Source: Octopus sinensis (Eukaryota). From it: a DNA stretch of 64,000 nucleotides. The position numbers were made by a program, and so were the translations under genes. Location of the stretch: NCBI RefSeq assembly GCF_006345805.1, contig NW_021836130.1, positions 187,729-251,728 on the forward strand, given 5' to 3'. The notes beneath the pieces are model-generated. The model was not told the origin of the DNA. It searched no databases and saw only the letters and a program-made list of their open reading frames with translations. Numbering within the stretch: the first letter of the stretch is position 1; each line of letters opens with the position of its first letter. Shown piece after piece: positions 1 through 12,127 of this stretch.

Positions 1-99
1 AAAAAGTGCCCTCAAAAAAGGTTTAGACTGTATATAATAGGTGTTAGGCCATTGCCACATACTAAAAAAGTGAAAAATGTTATAAATAAATAAAAAAGA

Positions 100-605
100 A
101 TTATATAGTTCTGGTGGAGGTTGCTGATTTTTCTTAATTTTTGAGTGAGCCATCAAATTCCTTATGTCGAGAAGGACGTCCTTAATCCCACACTTCTGTT
201 CCAATTCCTCAAGGTGGGGACCTCACTAGTAATAACCTGACTAATATAATCAGTTCTAACTTCCCCCGTCTCATCCTTACACATTTCAAATTGATTTTGT
301 ACGGAATTTGACCAGAGGCGGTTTCTGAGGGTATTTAGACCCACATTCGATGGCCAGGGAGTACGTGTTGTCCTCGTAGGCAGACTTGGGAGTCCAATAA
401 GTAGGAAAAACCTTGAAAGGGCCCATGATGATCCCATTCCAGTGGGTCAGGGTCGTGTCAGAACTGTCACAAAGTCCCCAACTAATTGTCCCATCTCCAA
501 AACCTTTTTCAGAAAGTTCAAGTTCGTCCAAAAGCTTAAAGTTCCGAGGTACCTCTGAGGAATATCAGCATTAGGACTACCAATTGTGCCAAGATTTGAT
601 CTCAT
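100..605 (-). CDS. UBE2V: Ubiquitin-conjugating enzyme E2 variant (Uev1/Mms2), multi-exon
   Basis: [27 protein letters not shown]...[11 protein letters not shown]...[16 protein letters not shown] matches UEV family; 26-nt GT-AG intron 555-580; apparent 1-bp indels near 275-296; 3' end approximate. Confidence 0.93.
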
Positions 606-675
606 ATGAGACAATGAGAACGTACCAACAAGAAACAAATTATTTATACAATTTATTATAAATTAAAAAGTATAT

Positions 676-1521
676 TTAAATTAAAGAATATTTAATCCAA
701 AAATCATCTTTAATTATATCACAATTAAGTTCCACAATATTATCCCCATCTTTAACCAAGACAGTCCCCTTCCTATACAAGAGTGGCACATCGTTGTAGT
801 TAATCCCAAAATCCGTGAACAAAATCTCATTCTTATCCCTGGCCAATGTCCCCTACAACTTAAAAATGTCCCCCCACTCGAAGGACCTCTTCACTCTCCC
901 TTCTACTTTTCCCGCCTTGTTGAACCAAGGCCCAGAAGGCAGTGTTATATAAATTATTAATGTGGCCTAACAGTCAGTATATAACACAACAGTCGGCCTG
1001 CCTCCAGGAAAGTAGTCCCGCACATTGGCACACGTGGGCAGGCAGATCAGGCGGACAGTCGAAGACGGGGGGACGAAGGAGGGTCGCCACCCCGAAATAT
1101 TCAGGCCAGTGGAAAGACGTAGGCCGAACTGAGTGCACTTACCAATAGAAATAATTTTACTATTTTTTAATATTATTTTACTATTTTTTAAATAAATAAA
1201 TATATAATAAAAAACCATTTTCTTCGCTGGAAAAGCTGGCAATTTCGGTTGAAGAGAAAACTGAATTCGTCGCTCTGTCCATAGGCAAGGACAATATCTT
1301 TGAAGAGGTCGAAGAGGGAGGCTGAGGCACGTGACAATAGGGCGAGGGCACGTGGGTCGTTGGGCTTCTGGAAGTTGTGGTCTTCGGAAAATCTGTTTTT
1401 TATATGTTTTTGAGGACCTGTGGAAGGACTTGCCGTCTATTCGGGCTACTATGTAGGTGTTGTATAGACATTTGGGATCTTCTTCGAATTTTTTAACATA
1501 TTCATATTTGGAACCAGCCAT
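676..1521 (-). CDS. THG1L: tRNA(His) guanylyltransferase, multi-exon
   Basis: [22 protein letters not shown]|[55 protein letters not shown]; 25-nt intron 1393-1417; several local indels. Confidence 0.95.
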
Positions 1522-1580
1522 GCACCACAAGAACTTGAAAATTTAAATTTTGAAAATGTAATAAAATATTTAAATTTGTT

Positions 1581-2029
1581 ATGTTGTGTGCACGGCATTT
1601 ATTATCTAACAATTTTATAATTTCCCTCAATAAAATAGCACAAAAATCAAAAATTAAATATCCATTAATCAAAGATAATGAAATTGAAATTAAAAAAATA
1701 AAAAGTTCTGGTCCTGGAGGACAGAACGTAAACCGACGGAACACCTGCTGTTTTATCAAGCACAAGGACACCGGAATCACAACCAAGGTTTATATTTATA
1801 CCAAAAAACTCGTTATAGTGTCAAATATCGAGAAGTGCTTCTTTGAATTTAAAACAGGCCAAATATTTGTTGGCTGAAAAGTTGGATAATTTAAAAAATG
1901 GCCCTCAAAGTCTCAAAAATATCGAATATTTTGAAAAAATTGAATTTAAAAAGACTTAAGAAAGAGCGTAGTCATGAGAGAAGAACGCTTTTAAAGTCAT
2001 ACAAGACACTTATTGACAACCCAAGCTGA
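1581..2029 (+). CDS. MTRFR: Mitochondrial translation release factor in rescue (C12orf65-like GGQ protein)
   Basis: SSGPGGQNVNRRNTCCFIKHKDTGITTK|CQISRS, basic C-terminal tail, N-terminal presequence-like segment; 31-nt intron; one homopolymer indel near 1930. Confidence 0.85.
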
Positions 2030-2449
2030 ATGACGTCACTAGAATGTTCTAGAACTTTTCATAAGTGGTTAACCAAACAATTATTTGTTTATTAAATAAT
2101 GAATAAGTAAAACCATAAAAATACTTAGTCCAATGGGAACCCAGGTTTAATGACGTCACTGGAATGTTCTAGAACCACCAGTGAATGTTGAAAAATTTAT
2201 TAAAGTTAAAAGTAATTTTGTGGTTAATATAAACAAAAACATTGAAATTAACCTGATTTTTTTAGCGTGGTTTATGATCTATTTATGGTTTCAAGAATCT
2301 TCGTTTACTAAATTAATTGGCTCAAATAATGAAATAAAGGCCAATTTGTCATATAATTTTGGGAAACAATTCTTTCTCTACTTATGCACCACAAAGAGTC
2401 TGTATGCTTAGAAAATTGTTGCTCAGATGAATATTTTAAATTAAAATAA

Positions 2450-2870
2450 CGAAATTCACATCCAAAGCTTTAATGGTTTAATCCAAGATAAATCGAGATT
2501 AGAAGCATCTGTAATTTATAATTTGTATCAATTAGTCTCAATAATTATTGCAAAAAGCTTGCACATAATTTTGGGGAAAGTTAATTAAACCGGCGGCTAA
2601 TTACTTCTTAATTTTTAGGTGTCAGATGGCGAAGAAGTCCCCATTTTGAGTAAAACTGCATTGGAATTAATACTTGCATTCCCAACTACTTATCACTGTG
2701 AAGTGTCCTGTCTGACTTTTCTAAAATGATATGCGAGATAGTTGTCGACATAGAGCCTGACATAAGTAAAATTATTCACAACAAACAAGATCAGAAATCT
2801 CACTGAACTATTTTGATAATTTTCATGTTATTTTTATAATAAATATTCGAACATGTCTAAACCTCCCCTG
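2450..2870 (+). mobile_element. hAT (Buster/Charlie-like) transposase 3' remnant
   Basis: ALELILAFPTTYHCEVS resembles hAT C-terminal dimerisation motif; ends near CCCCTG. Confidence 0.5.
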
Positions 2871-2918
2871 ACGAGCCTAACCAAACAATTATTTGTTTAT
2901 TAAAAAATAATAAAAGGA

Positions 2919-3929
2919 TTAATTTATAAATTCCAATCCCTCATACTTCGAATCAGCAAATTTAGTCTCTTGGTGCAAAATATTTCCCACCAAGTCAAAA
3001 ATAAGAAAATACGAAGCCAAAACTCCCGCCATTTCCTCAGTCTTGACAGCCATAATAACCCTGTCCTCAGAATCCGGCAGAAAACGGAAAGCAGAGAAGC
3101 CCCTCGTGCGACACAAATCCCCCACAATCACCACATCAACCCTCTCAAAGTCCTCATCCGCAATCAACAAATAATTCCCGCCATTCGATGCTTCTCCCCC
3201 CTGCAAATACCCCTCCATACTCACAGCACGTGGCAGAAAAAACCAGTGATTGTGCACTTTACTCCACACAACTGCCTCGTGAATCACAAACCCAGGATGT
3301 TCAATCAAAAGGCGGAACTCAAAGCCAAATATTTTTCCCGCCAATCGACGTGGTGCACTTGTCCATTTTTATTAACAATTTTAATCCACATTGGGAACGA
3401 ATTTAAAATGTCCCTGTCGAGTCAGTGAAGACCTTTCCGTACCCACCGACGTAGAGGAGCCCGTTTTTGACAGTGGACCACTCCCCCTTGAAGGCTGTGG
3501 ATAAGCCATAGGGGACTTACGGGCAGGGGAAGACCCGTCTCCGTCAGTCAGTTTGACCCAGACAGCCACAGTGCTATTTTCGGGGAAGATTTGGTAGATA
3601 ATTCCTGTCTTGTCGTCGATGGCCAGGAGTTTTCCGTGGAAGGTGATCAGGTCGGAAAGTTCCATTCCACGGTTTCTGTGGAGGATTTTTGAACATAGTT
3701 TTTGTGGGGAATTTTTAAAGTTGATTGAAAAAAGTTGGGATTTTGTATCCCAGATTAATATTCCTTCGAGGAATTCGCTGCATGCAGACTGGCCTGGAAG
3801 GATTTGGATGTCTCTGTCAGAAACCATGGCTAGTTTTATACGAATTCGACGTTTGTAGGGGATATTGGTCCATAGTTTGTATAATATTAAAGAAATAAGT
3901 ACTATAAAGAGCATCAATAGGTTCCTCAT
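2919..3929 (-). CDS. CANT1: Calcium-activated nucleotidase / Cimex-type apyrase with N-terminal membrane anchor
   Basis: RGMELSDLITFHGKLLAIDDKTGIIY, VWVKLTDGDG, FKGEW, GFVIHEAVVWS...WFFLPR, TRGFSAFRFLP, KYEGLEFI; 26-nt intron; two homopolymer indels. Confidence 0.93.
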
Positions 3930-4454
3930 TTGATGGTACACAAGAACATTATTTTTAAATTATTTATTTAATAATATATATTTGTTAAAAATAATAATTT
4001 AAAATTATTAAGAAATATTGAAACATGAAATATTTTAAATTTTAAAATTATGACGGCCATGGGTGGATTCCACCAGACTGTTGGCTTAGAGATAAATTAG
4101 AATTTATTTTGAGCCATAAATAATATGAAGTCTTATTTGTCATTTTAAACATAAGTGAAGATCCACAAGAATATATTTAATTTTGAATACATAGGTTTGC
4201 CACATTAATAAGTAAAAACCAGCGATCCATTTAAAACAAATATTACAAATATTATCAAAAAACAACATATAGCAATAACAAACAATAAATTTTTAAAAAA
4301 ACGTCGACAACCGGTATAGGCAAAAAAGTCAATTACAGGTGATGAGATTGTATACTTCATGCATAAAAATCATCTTTTAAACTTCTTTATTAGACAAAGA
4401 AATAACAATTTGAATAACAGAAAGAATATTTGAGAATTCATGACTAAAAATCAA

Positions 4455-4546
4455 CGTTGGTACAGAAGGTCGTTTCGTGTGTTGGCACGTGTAGGAATAT
4501 AACTCTTTTCTGTTTGTCCTACGGAATGTGCTAAAATAATAATAAT
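4455..4546 (+). mobile_element. 5'-truncated RTE-like retrotransposon 3' end with (AAT)n tail
   Basis: CACGTGTAGGAATATAACT...CCTACGGAATGTGCTAAAATAATAATAAT resembles the reverse complement of 10287-10370 and 30697-30760. Confidence 0.7.
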
Positions 4547-5601
4547 CATATCGGATAGAACAAATACAACATGGTCATGTCTATTTAAAATAATACTTTA
4601 TGTTTTTTTCGGTTTTATTCCACAATTGATAAATTCATAATCAAATAACAACGTCAGGAAGTAAGCGGCCAAGCTCGATCTGCGAGCGCATTTTATGTTT
4701 ATTGTATAATTCGAGAAGTGAAGGATAGCTAATAGTTCCCACAGAATCACCACTGATCCTCAGGAACAGTCATGACGTCTTTTTCTTTCCGAGTGTAGGT
4801 AGTCAATCAAGGATATTTGATTTCTTGGCAAACACAAACAAAGTGAATATATCTCACTATCTTATTTAGATAAAAGGCAGTTGAGTGTGAGTAGGCAAAG
4901 TGGGAGATAGAATATAAAGAGAGAAGCGTAAACAACATTGATATGATTTATTGGGCTAATTGAAAATTCCAGACTATCCATTAGAAAACAGGGACAAACG
5001 CACCAATCAGTTTCTCATTCAGAAAATAATCAAATGAGACATAGAGTTAGCCACGATAATCTTAGGTGATTTTAGAATTTGATCGAAAGGCAAAGTATAG
5101 AAAAAAACTTCAAGAGTTGGGGATTCCGAGAACAACTTTGGGTTGGCGGTAAGCACACAGAAAGAACGGGAGACCGGCGAACCCAATTTCAGAGGGATCT
5201 AGTAAAAAAGGTAAAAATATCATCCGAAAAAGACTTAAATTATTACTTTCTGAAGAAAATAAATTATAAATTATAATTTTACTTTAAATTATTATTAGAA
5301 ATGTTAAAACAGAAATTATTTAAATTTAGTTATATCATAATCTATTTAAATAACTGTAAATATAATGGCAAACCAAATATGTTATAATATTATATTTTGT
5401 ACTATTGTTACTATCGACATCGTTAATAAAGTAATTAGTTATTCCAATTTTAAATGGCATATATTTTGAGCATCATTTTTCACCCTTTGAAAATGATGAA
5501 CAGAAATCAATTATTTTGATATAATTATTGTTTCTCTTAAACCACAAATATTTGAATTTACTGGGGCTCCCATTGTACTTTAGAAATAATTAATAACCAA
5601 A

Positions 5602-8600
5602 ATGGAAACCAAAAATGAAAATCCCCAAAACAAAACGAACCTTCATCTCGACAGTCTTATCGAAGAATATTCAAAATTGTGCAAATCTCATGCAGCAGAA
5701 CGAGACACGTGGATGCAAGAACTTTCAAAATTATCTGACGAAAGTTCTAGAAAACAGTAAAAATTAAATCAGTGTTTATTTTAGGCAAGAACTTAATGAA
5801 TTAGAACTGAAATGTACTTGTTTGAATATGCTGGAAGAATCACTAGAAAAAACAAAACAAGAATTGTCCCAAAGAGATTTCGCGTTTAGAGACCAACGAG
5901 AAAATTTTTGAGTCTACAAAAAGTATTTTAATAAAAAATACAAGAATTTTACAATTGGAAATGAAGATACGGTTGCCTTTCTACAGGAAGAAAACACAAT
6001 TTTACTTCAAGAACAAACAAACATGAAATCACAACTCGAAAACAAGGACCGAGAAATAAATTCACTTCGCATACAAGTTGAGACTGTTTTTTAATCAACA
6101 AACATGATAGATTGCTAAAAACGAACAAAAAATCAAAGAATTAGAAGCTTTAAATCAGAAATATATCCACGATTACGAATTTATGTATTCCACATCTAAA
6201 AACTATTCCAACGCTCTCGAGAACTTGCAGGACTCAAAAATTGCTCTTTACACTACGCTCTCTCCACTGTTTGCAACTGCAGACGACAATCGTCTGGAGA
6301 CCTCCGAAAACTTGGTTAGACAACAAAAATCTGATTCGGACGTAAAAATAAACATTGATAACCGTTTGATTGATTATAAAACAACTTTATTTAGACACGA
6401 GTTTATCTGAGGATGAGAACTTGGAAAATCAAAAAATAGAAGAAATCGATTTTCCAATCAAGTTTAAACATGGACTTAAAAAATCGATTTTAGAGATTTC
6501 GAGAAATTTGAACAACCTGAACATGAGATGTCCTATCAGTCCGAACCTGTATTTTACATAGCTCTTAAAATCTTTAGTGCACTGCAGAAGGTGTTCCTGG
6601 AATTGTTATTGAATGTGAGTTGGACAGTTTGGGTGAACTTGGTCCTGAAAATATAGGAGAGACTTTCGAAAACTTGAAACCAGAAGTTTGAATCGTCAAA
6701 TGTTATGATTTTCAGAATTCTGGAATCAGAAAGGCTAAAAAAGTGACATTTGATTCAGAATCTACGGACGACGAGACTGTCCGACTCGAGGCGGTCATCC
6801 GGGGCAAGGATATGGTCAATGACGCTTTAAAAACACAAATTCGAGAATTGGAAAAAAAATTATCAAAATCCCGAAAGACAAACAGAAATACAAAATGTAA
6901 TATTGTTGTATTAAAAAAAAGAATTTCGACAATTTTTCGGACCAAGTTATGACTGAAGAAATACAAACCGCAAATAAACCAGAAAAAGACTATTTCAACG
7001 TTGAAAATGAAATCAATGAAGAATTCATTCTTCAAGCCAACAACCAAGAAATTATTTCTTCTGAAGAACATCAAGAATTGGTAGATGACCTGTCTAATCG
7101 ACTGTATTTAACTCAAATGGAACTCCAAGTATGTCTAGATATATAATTGGTAGAATTTGAAAGACGACTATGCCGACGCTTTGTATATGATTTCTGATTT
7201 GAATGCTCAAACTGAAATCTCAGAGTCTAATTGGCAGGCAAGAATGACAGATTTGAAGGAAAATATGCTTTTTTATGAACAGGAGATTAATGTAAAATAA
7301 AAACTAATATTTTTAGAATCTGAAGGATTGTATTCAAAAAAATAATGATATATATAATGACAAAATTAACGAAAAAGAACAAGAAATCAAGTAAAATTAT
7401 ACTTTGTGTGATTATTAAGAATATTCTTGAACAATGTTCAATCCTTAAAAGAGAATTAAACGAATTGATAGAAAGAAACAAATTTGAGAACGAGGAGATT
7501 GCGAATGAAAAGGACTCCCAGATTAGAGTAGACAATTGAATCAAATTTAGGAATTGCAAACCGCTTTTTCCAGCGCAAAAGAAATCACAGAAAAATTGGA
7601 AATAGAAAAGATGAAAATCAAGTAAAATAACAAAGCTTATTTTATTAGAAACTAAAGTATCATATTGACGCAATCATGACAGATTACAACAACGTCAAAA
7701 TTCTAAACGAATCTCTTAGTTGTGAAGTAATGAACTTGAAACAAGAACTCAACAACAGGACTGAGAAACTTGAAGTACTTCATTTTTACTATTTTTCAAG
7801 GAATTACAAAAATTGGAAAATTCTTATATGAGAACAAATAAAGAGGAGTTGAATTTGGGTATTCGTAGGTTTATTGGATTTTAGACTGCCAGGAATTTAA
7901 CGGACAGTTGGACGGGCTAATCGTGTCTCAGAGGGAAATGAAGAACGAGTTAGTTGACTTAAAAAACAAATTAAAGTTCAAAAATGAAGAAATATATGTA
8001 TTTTTTGTATAGAAACTGAATTTTAGGATTTATGTCAAATGTCAGGATTTTTAGACAGCGAATCTGAAAAACTTGCCAAATCAAGGAGCCTTCTTCAGGA
8101 AGAAATAATCAAAGTTCAAAATGAAATCGAAAACAGCCAAACTCGATTTGAAATAACCAGAAAAGATTTTACAAGCGCAGGAGAAACAAATACAACTTTG
8201 AAAACGAACCATCTCTCCAAGCAAATTTTGTAAACGAAACACCCTGTAAAGAAGCGATTCGCAATCAGGACTATTTGGTGAGTTTTTTGTGAGGTTGAGA
8301 TGTTAGAACGTCTCAAATGAGCTGAACTTGGCTAAAAACGAATTGAAAATATTGAAGGGAGAGGTTGATTCACAAGAATTAAAATGTGGCAAATATGAGA
8401 TTATTTTGAAAGAAAAAGAAGCAAAAATAATCGTTTTTTATTTAATAATAGTTTTAAAGGCTTTGGAAATGAAATATCTCGTATGGGCGAAAAACTAAAA
8501 GCCGAGACAAAACTCAAAGTACTGGAATCGGAAAAATTAAATCGTAAAAGTAATCAAAATGAAGTAGAAGTTTTTATTTTTATTATTTAAGGATTTGCAA

Positions 8601-9897
8601 AAATACTTGAAAGTACTCATGAAAGATTCTGATAACCTAAAAATGTCTTTGGAATCTAAAAATTATGAGATCAAAAATTTGGAATCAGAATTGGAAGAGA
8701 AAAACAAGAAAATGAAAGTAATTTTAGTTATTTTTATTTAAAGGAGTTTGACACCCTCAAAGCCTCTAATTACATGTTGGAGGAAGAAAAGTGTCGCCTT
8801 CAAACCAGTAAAAATAAAAATTTATTTTATTAAGCTTGCGATAACTTTAGCAGTCAACTGGATGGACTCATATCTTCCCACAAAACAATGAAATTAGAGT
8901 TGATTAGCTTAAAAAATGAACTCAACACAAAAAACGAGGAAATATATGTACAAAACGCTATAAAAATGTTTTAGAATTTATGCCAAATGTCAGGACTTTT
9001 GAATGACGAATCCGACAAGTTGACCACCTCAAAGGATCTCCTCAAGGACGAACTGGTTAAAGTCAGACAGGAAATTGAACTTAGCCGATTCCGTGGAAAT
9101 AAAGAAATTCCAGAAGAAATAAACACGGATTTGACATTTGATCAAAATTTGGGTAGTTTTTTGTTTATCTTATGTTAGAAAATAATTGGTCAGCTTCAAA
9201 ACCGCCCTTCCAAGCAATGTGGCTAAAGGACGAGAGCAGTGCTGTAATCAAGTATTTGGATGTTATATCTAAGTTGGAAGGGGACAACGAGGTTTGTTTT
9301 AAGTTGCTTGTTGTAGAAATTGAGATTTGATATTGAAAATGCGACTAATCAACATAAGGCATCTAGTTTTGTTGATTTTTTGTAGAAAAATGTTGATAAT
9401 TTGAATAATCAAGTGCAAGATCTACAAAATATTGTGAAAAATAAAGAAAAGGAGGTCGAATTATTATCGAAACGTCAAAAAGAAACAGAATCGAGTGAAA
9501 TGATTAGCATGAAGGGAGACGATCAGTCCATAATCGACAAGATTCTGAATCAGTCGACAGAATTTTTGAAGGGAAGTAAAAGGGTTTGGGCAGGGATTTG
9601 ATTTTTTAGGAATCATTGGCAGGAAGTATTGGAATTTCACTTAATGAAGTTTTAATTTATCATATATAATTTTAGGGCAGTTTAAATAAAAAATTAAATA
9701 TCTCTTTGGATAAGCCAATTATCATGGCTAGCTTAAATGATGGTGGTAAACCTAAATCAAATGTGGCGGGAAAACAAAAAACTGGAAGCAACTTTGCTTA
9801 TTCTACGAGGTATGTCTTTTTTATGTTTACTGATCAGTTTTTAAGAGAATTTACTAATTTAATTTCAGTTTGTTTGGCTAATACAAAAATTTTGTAA
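5602..9897 (+). CDS. Large multi-exon coiled-coil protein, family unassigned
   Basis: Continuous E/K/L/N-rich heptad-like exons separated by many 23-31 nt GT-AG introns; internal repeat; 3' end approximate. Confidence 0.75.
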
Positions 9898-10286
9898 TAA
9901 TATTGAATTCAGAATTTATATTTTATTTAGACAGATATTTAATAAATATAATAAATTAAATAAGACGCGTGATATTGGTGATCTTTCTGGTACATCGTTG
10001 AGTTAAAATTCCAGATTCCCTCCAATAATTTTTTTTCCATTTGAAACAAAATAATTTACGTGACCCGGATTTGAATCAGATGCATTGTCTTTACATAATT
10101 TCTCATTATATTCAGATAAACATGTGTTTGTAAATGTACTATTTGATAAAATGTTAAATCGCATTGACTCGAATCAAACTCAAACTGTTATTATTCAATT
10201 ATACCTCATTCCTTATTTCACAATCATATTTTTGTGTACTCTCATTTTTTTATTTATTCTTTTAAAATAAGATGAATTCATGCCTA

Positions 10287-10913
10287 TTATTATAACACAT
10301 TCCGTAGGAACATAAACAAAGTTATAATCCCACACGTGTCACAAGCGAAACAATCTTTTGGACCATCCTCGTCCATGCCTTTCTGTTGCGGGCGAGATCC
10401 TGCAAAGATTCTAGGTCGTCCCAAACTCGGCTCCCTAGTTGGAGATAGTGAAGACATTTCTTGCAGAAAGATGCTTGCTACCGCGGCTCTGAGCAGAATA
10501 CGTAAAAAATGGCCCTCAGATCAAAGCTTTATAATGCATTCGTAAAGCCTGTTCTACTATACAACTCGTCAACATGGGGGATCTCGGAGACTGAACTGAA
10601 GACTATAGGCTCTTTTCACCGTAAACAACTACGTCTCTTACACGGAATATACTGGCCATCAAAAATTAACAATCTATCTCTGTATAAACATTACGATGCT
10701 ACCCCGTTGTCTCAAGAAATTGTTGGAGGCCGGTGGAAATTATTTGGCCATATTTTGCGAATGGACCCCAGAGCTCCGGCCAATCGGGCAATGGACGATT
10801 ATTTCTCCGAACATGGAGACAAATATCGTGGAAGACCTAGATCCACTCTTCCGGCAATTCTGGAAAGGGATCTCAAACTTCATGGCAAAAGTTTCAAAAA
10901 CTGGGACGACCTA
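10287..10913. mobile_element. RTE-like non-LTR retrotransposon, 5'-truncated and 5'-inverted, 13-bp TSD
   Basis: ORF 10509+ (KLYNAFVKPVLLYNSSTW, RWKLFGHILRM, RGRP) is RT C-terminus; 10287-10423 is the 3' end in minus orientation; TSD GAATTCATGCCTA at 10274-10286 and 10914-10926. Confidence 0.88.
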
Positions 10914-11039
10914 GAATTCATGCCTAGGGGAGTAAAATCAGAAATTTTATTATTCGTTTCTAAAAATAAATACATCATTTTACTTTCAAGTTCATCTTCT
11001 ACAAACGAGACCTCATATTTTAATCTAAATTATAAATGA

Positions 11040-11280
11040 GCTTATAACTTGTATTTCATGAATCACACTGTTAATTCCAGAAATAATCCCAAACTTTTTG
11101 AAAAGGGTCTCATTGATCGCCGAGTAATGTGTCGTATTATAGGAAAAAGTAACTTTGTCTAAAAATTGTTGCCAATTTTTAGTTCTTTTTTTATCCAATA
11201 GTTTTGGCATAGCTCGTGTCAATGTTTGATTAAAGCGTTCAATTAAACCCTGATTTATTTCAAATTTTATAAAATTGTGA
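11040..11280 (-). mobile_element. rve integrase C-terminal remnant (Ginger/Gypsy-like)
   Basis: QGLIERFNQTL...NWQQFLDKVTFSYNTTHYSAINETLF. Confidence 0.7.
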
Positions 11281-11284
11281 CTGA

Positions 11285-11900
11285 GCATGAAACCTGAGTG
11301 TGCGTGTCGTAGGCTACAGGTTGCTGTGGATGGACTTGTAAACTGGTGTGGGAGTAGGGGTCTAAAGATGCGTGCGGACAAGTGCAGTGTTCTCAAAGTC
11401 TGTAAAAGGACGAGGGGTTACACTAATTACGCCCCTAGGTTATTGCTGAACGGGTCAGCAATTGCTCAGTTGATCGGATGACTTATTTGGGCGTGCTCTT
11501 TAAGCCGTCCGGTAAGTTTGATGATCACATTGCACGTACGAAAATGCGTGCAATGCAGCGATTAGGCGCGTTGCGTGCTTTCCGGCTGCGGAGAGGTGCT
11601 TAGCTACGTGTGTTTAACGCCATAGTGTTACCCGTGTTGACCTATGGCGTACATGCCTGGCACTTCTGATTGTTTACGTTCTTCTGCGAGGACCGGGAGA
11701 AGTACGTTGACGCGCTCAAGAAAGTCAGAAGACGAGCCATCCGGCTAGCCCATGGCTTAGGATGGCGAGTAGAGCTCTCGGACACCCAGGAATTGTCCCT
11801 CAAAGGCTTCCCTAGGGTCTTAGAAAAGATAATGTCTGGGTGGCAGGTAAGGCGATAAGTCTTAGTGCCGAAGATAGCATTTTTTTCAACCAAGTCATTC
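11285..11900 (+). mobile_element. CR1/L2-like non-LTR RT C-terminal remnant
   Basis: RLQVAVDGLVNWCGSRGLKMRADKCSVL, TYLGVLF, VFNAIVLPVLTYG, LKKVRRRAIRL; GC-rich island with frameshifts. Confidence 0.75.
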
Positions 11901-12127
11901 AAAGAGCTATTACTCGATTTTTTGTAAGGGCCATCTCCTTGTTTGTAAGAAACACAGGATAGTCTTTGAAAGGAACAAAGTGACAGTCCTGTTTTGTCGG
12001 AAAAGTTCTGTTTCCCCAAGCCTTCTTTTTTCAAAACGAAAGATCAGAGATTTGTCAGATTGTTTACGTTCTCACTGACCTGAAATTCAAAATCTCAAAC
12101 GGTCAAAAATTTTAAAAACTAAATATT

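Noticed and set aside
2970-3428. Long antisense ORFs over CANT1 (likewise over STT3, PSMC2 and the RT)
   Set aside because: Shadow ORFs favoured by the C/A-rich antisense strand; no family resemblance
7385-7650. Apparent TA-AG or GT-AA non-canonical introns
   Set aside because: One missing A in the adjacent A-run restores canonical GT-AG splicing in both cases
5602-9897. Stop-codon reassignment to explain fragmented ORFs
   Set aside because: In-frame stops fall inside GT-AG micro-introns or follow homopolymer indels; long intronless ORFs (SoxB, kinase, RT) read with the standard code
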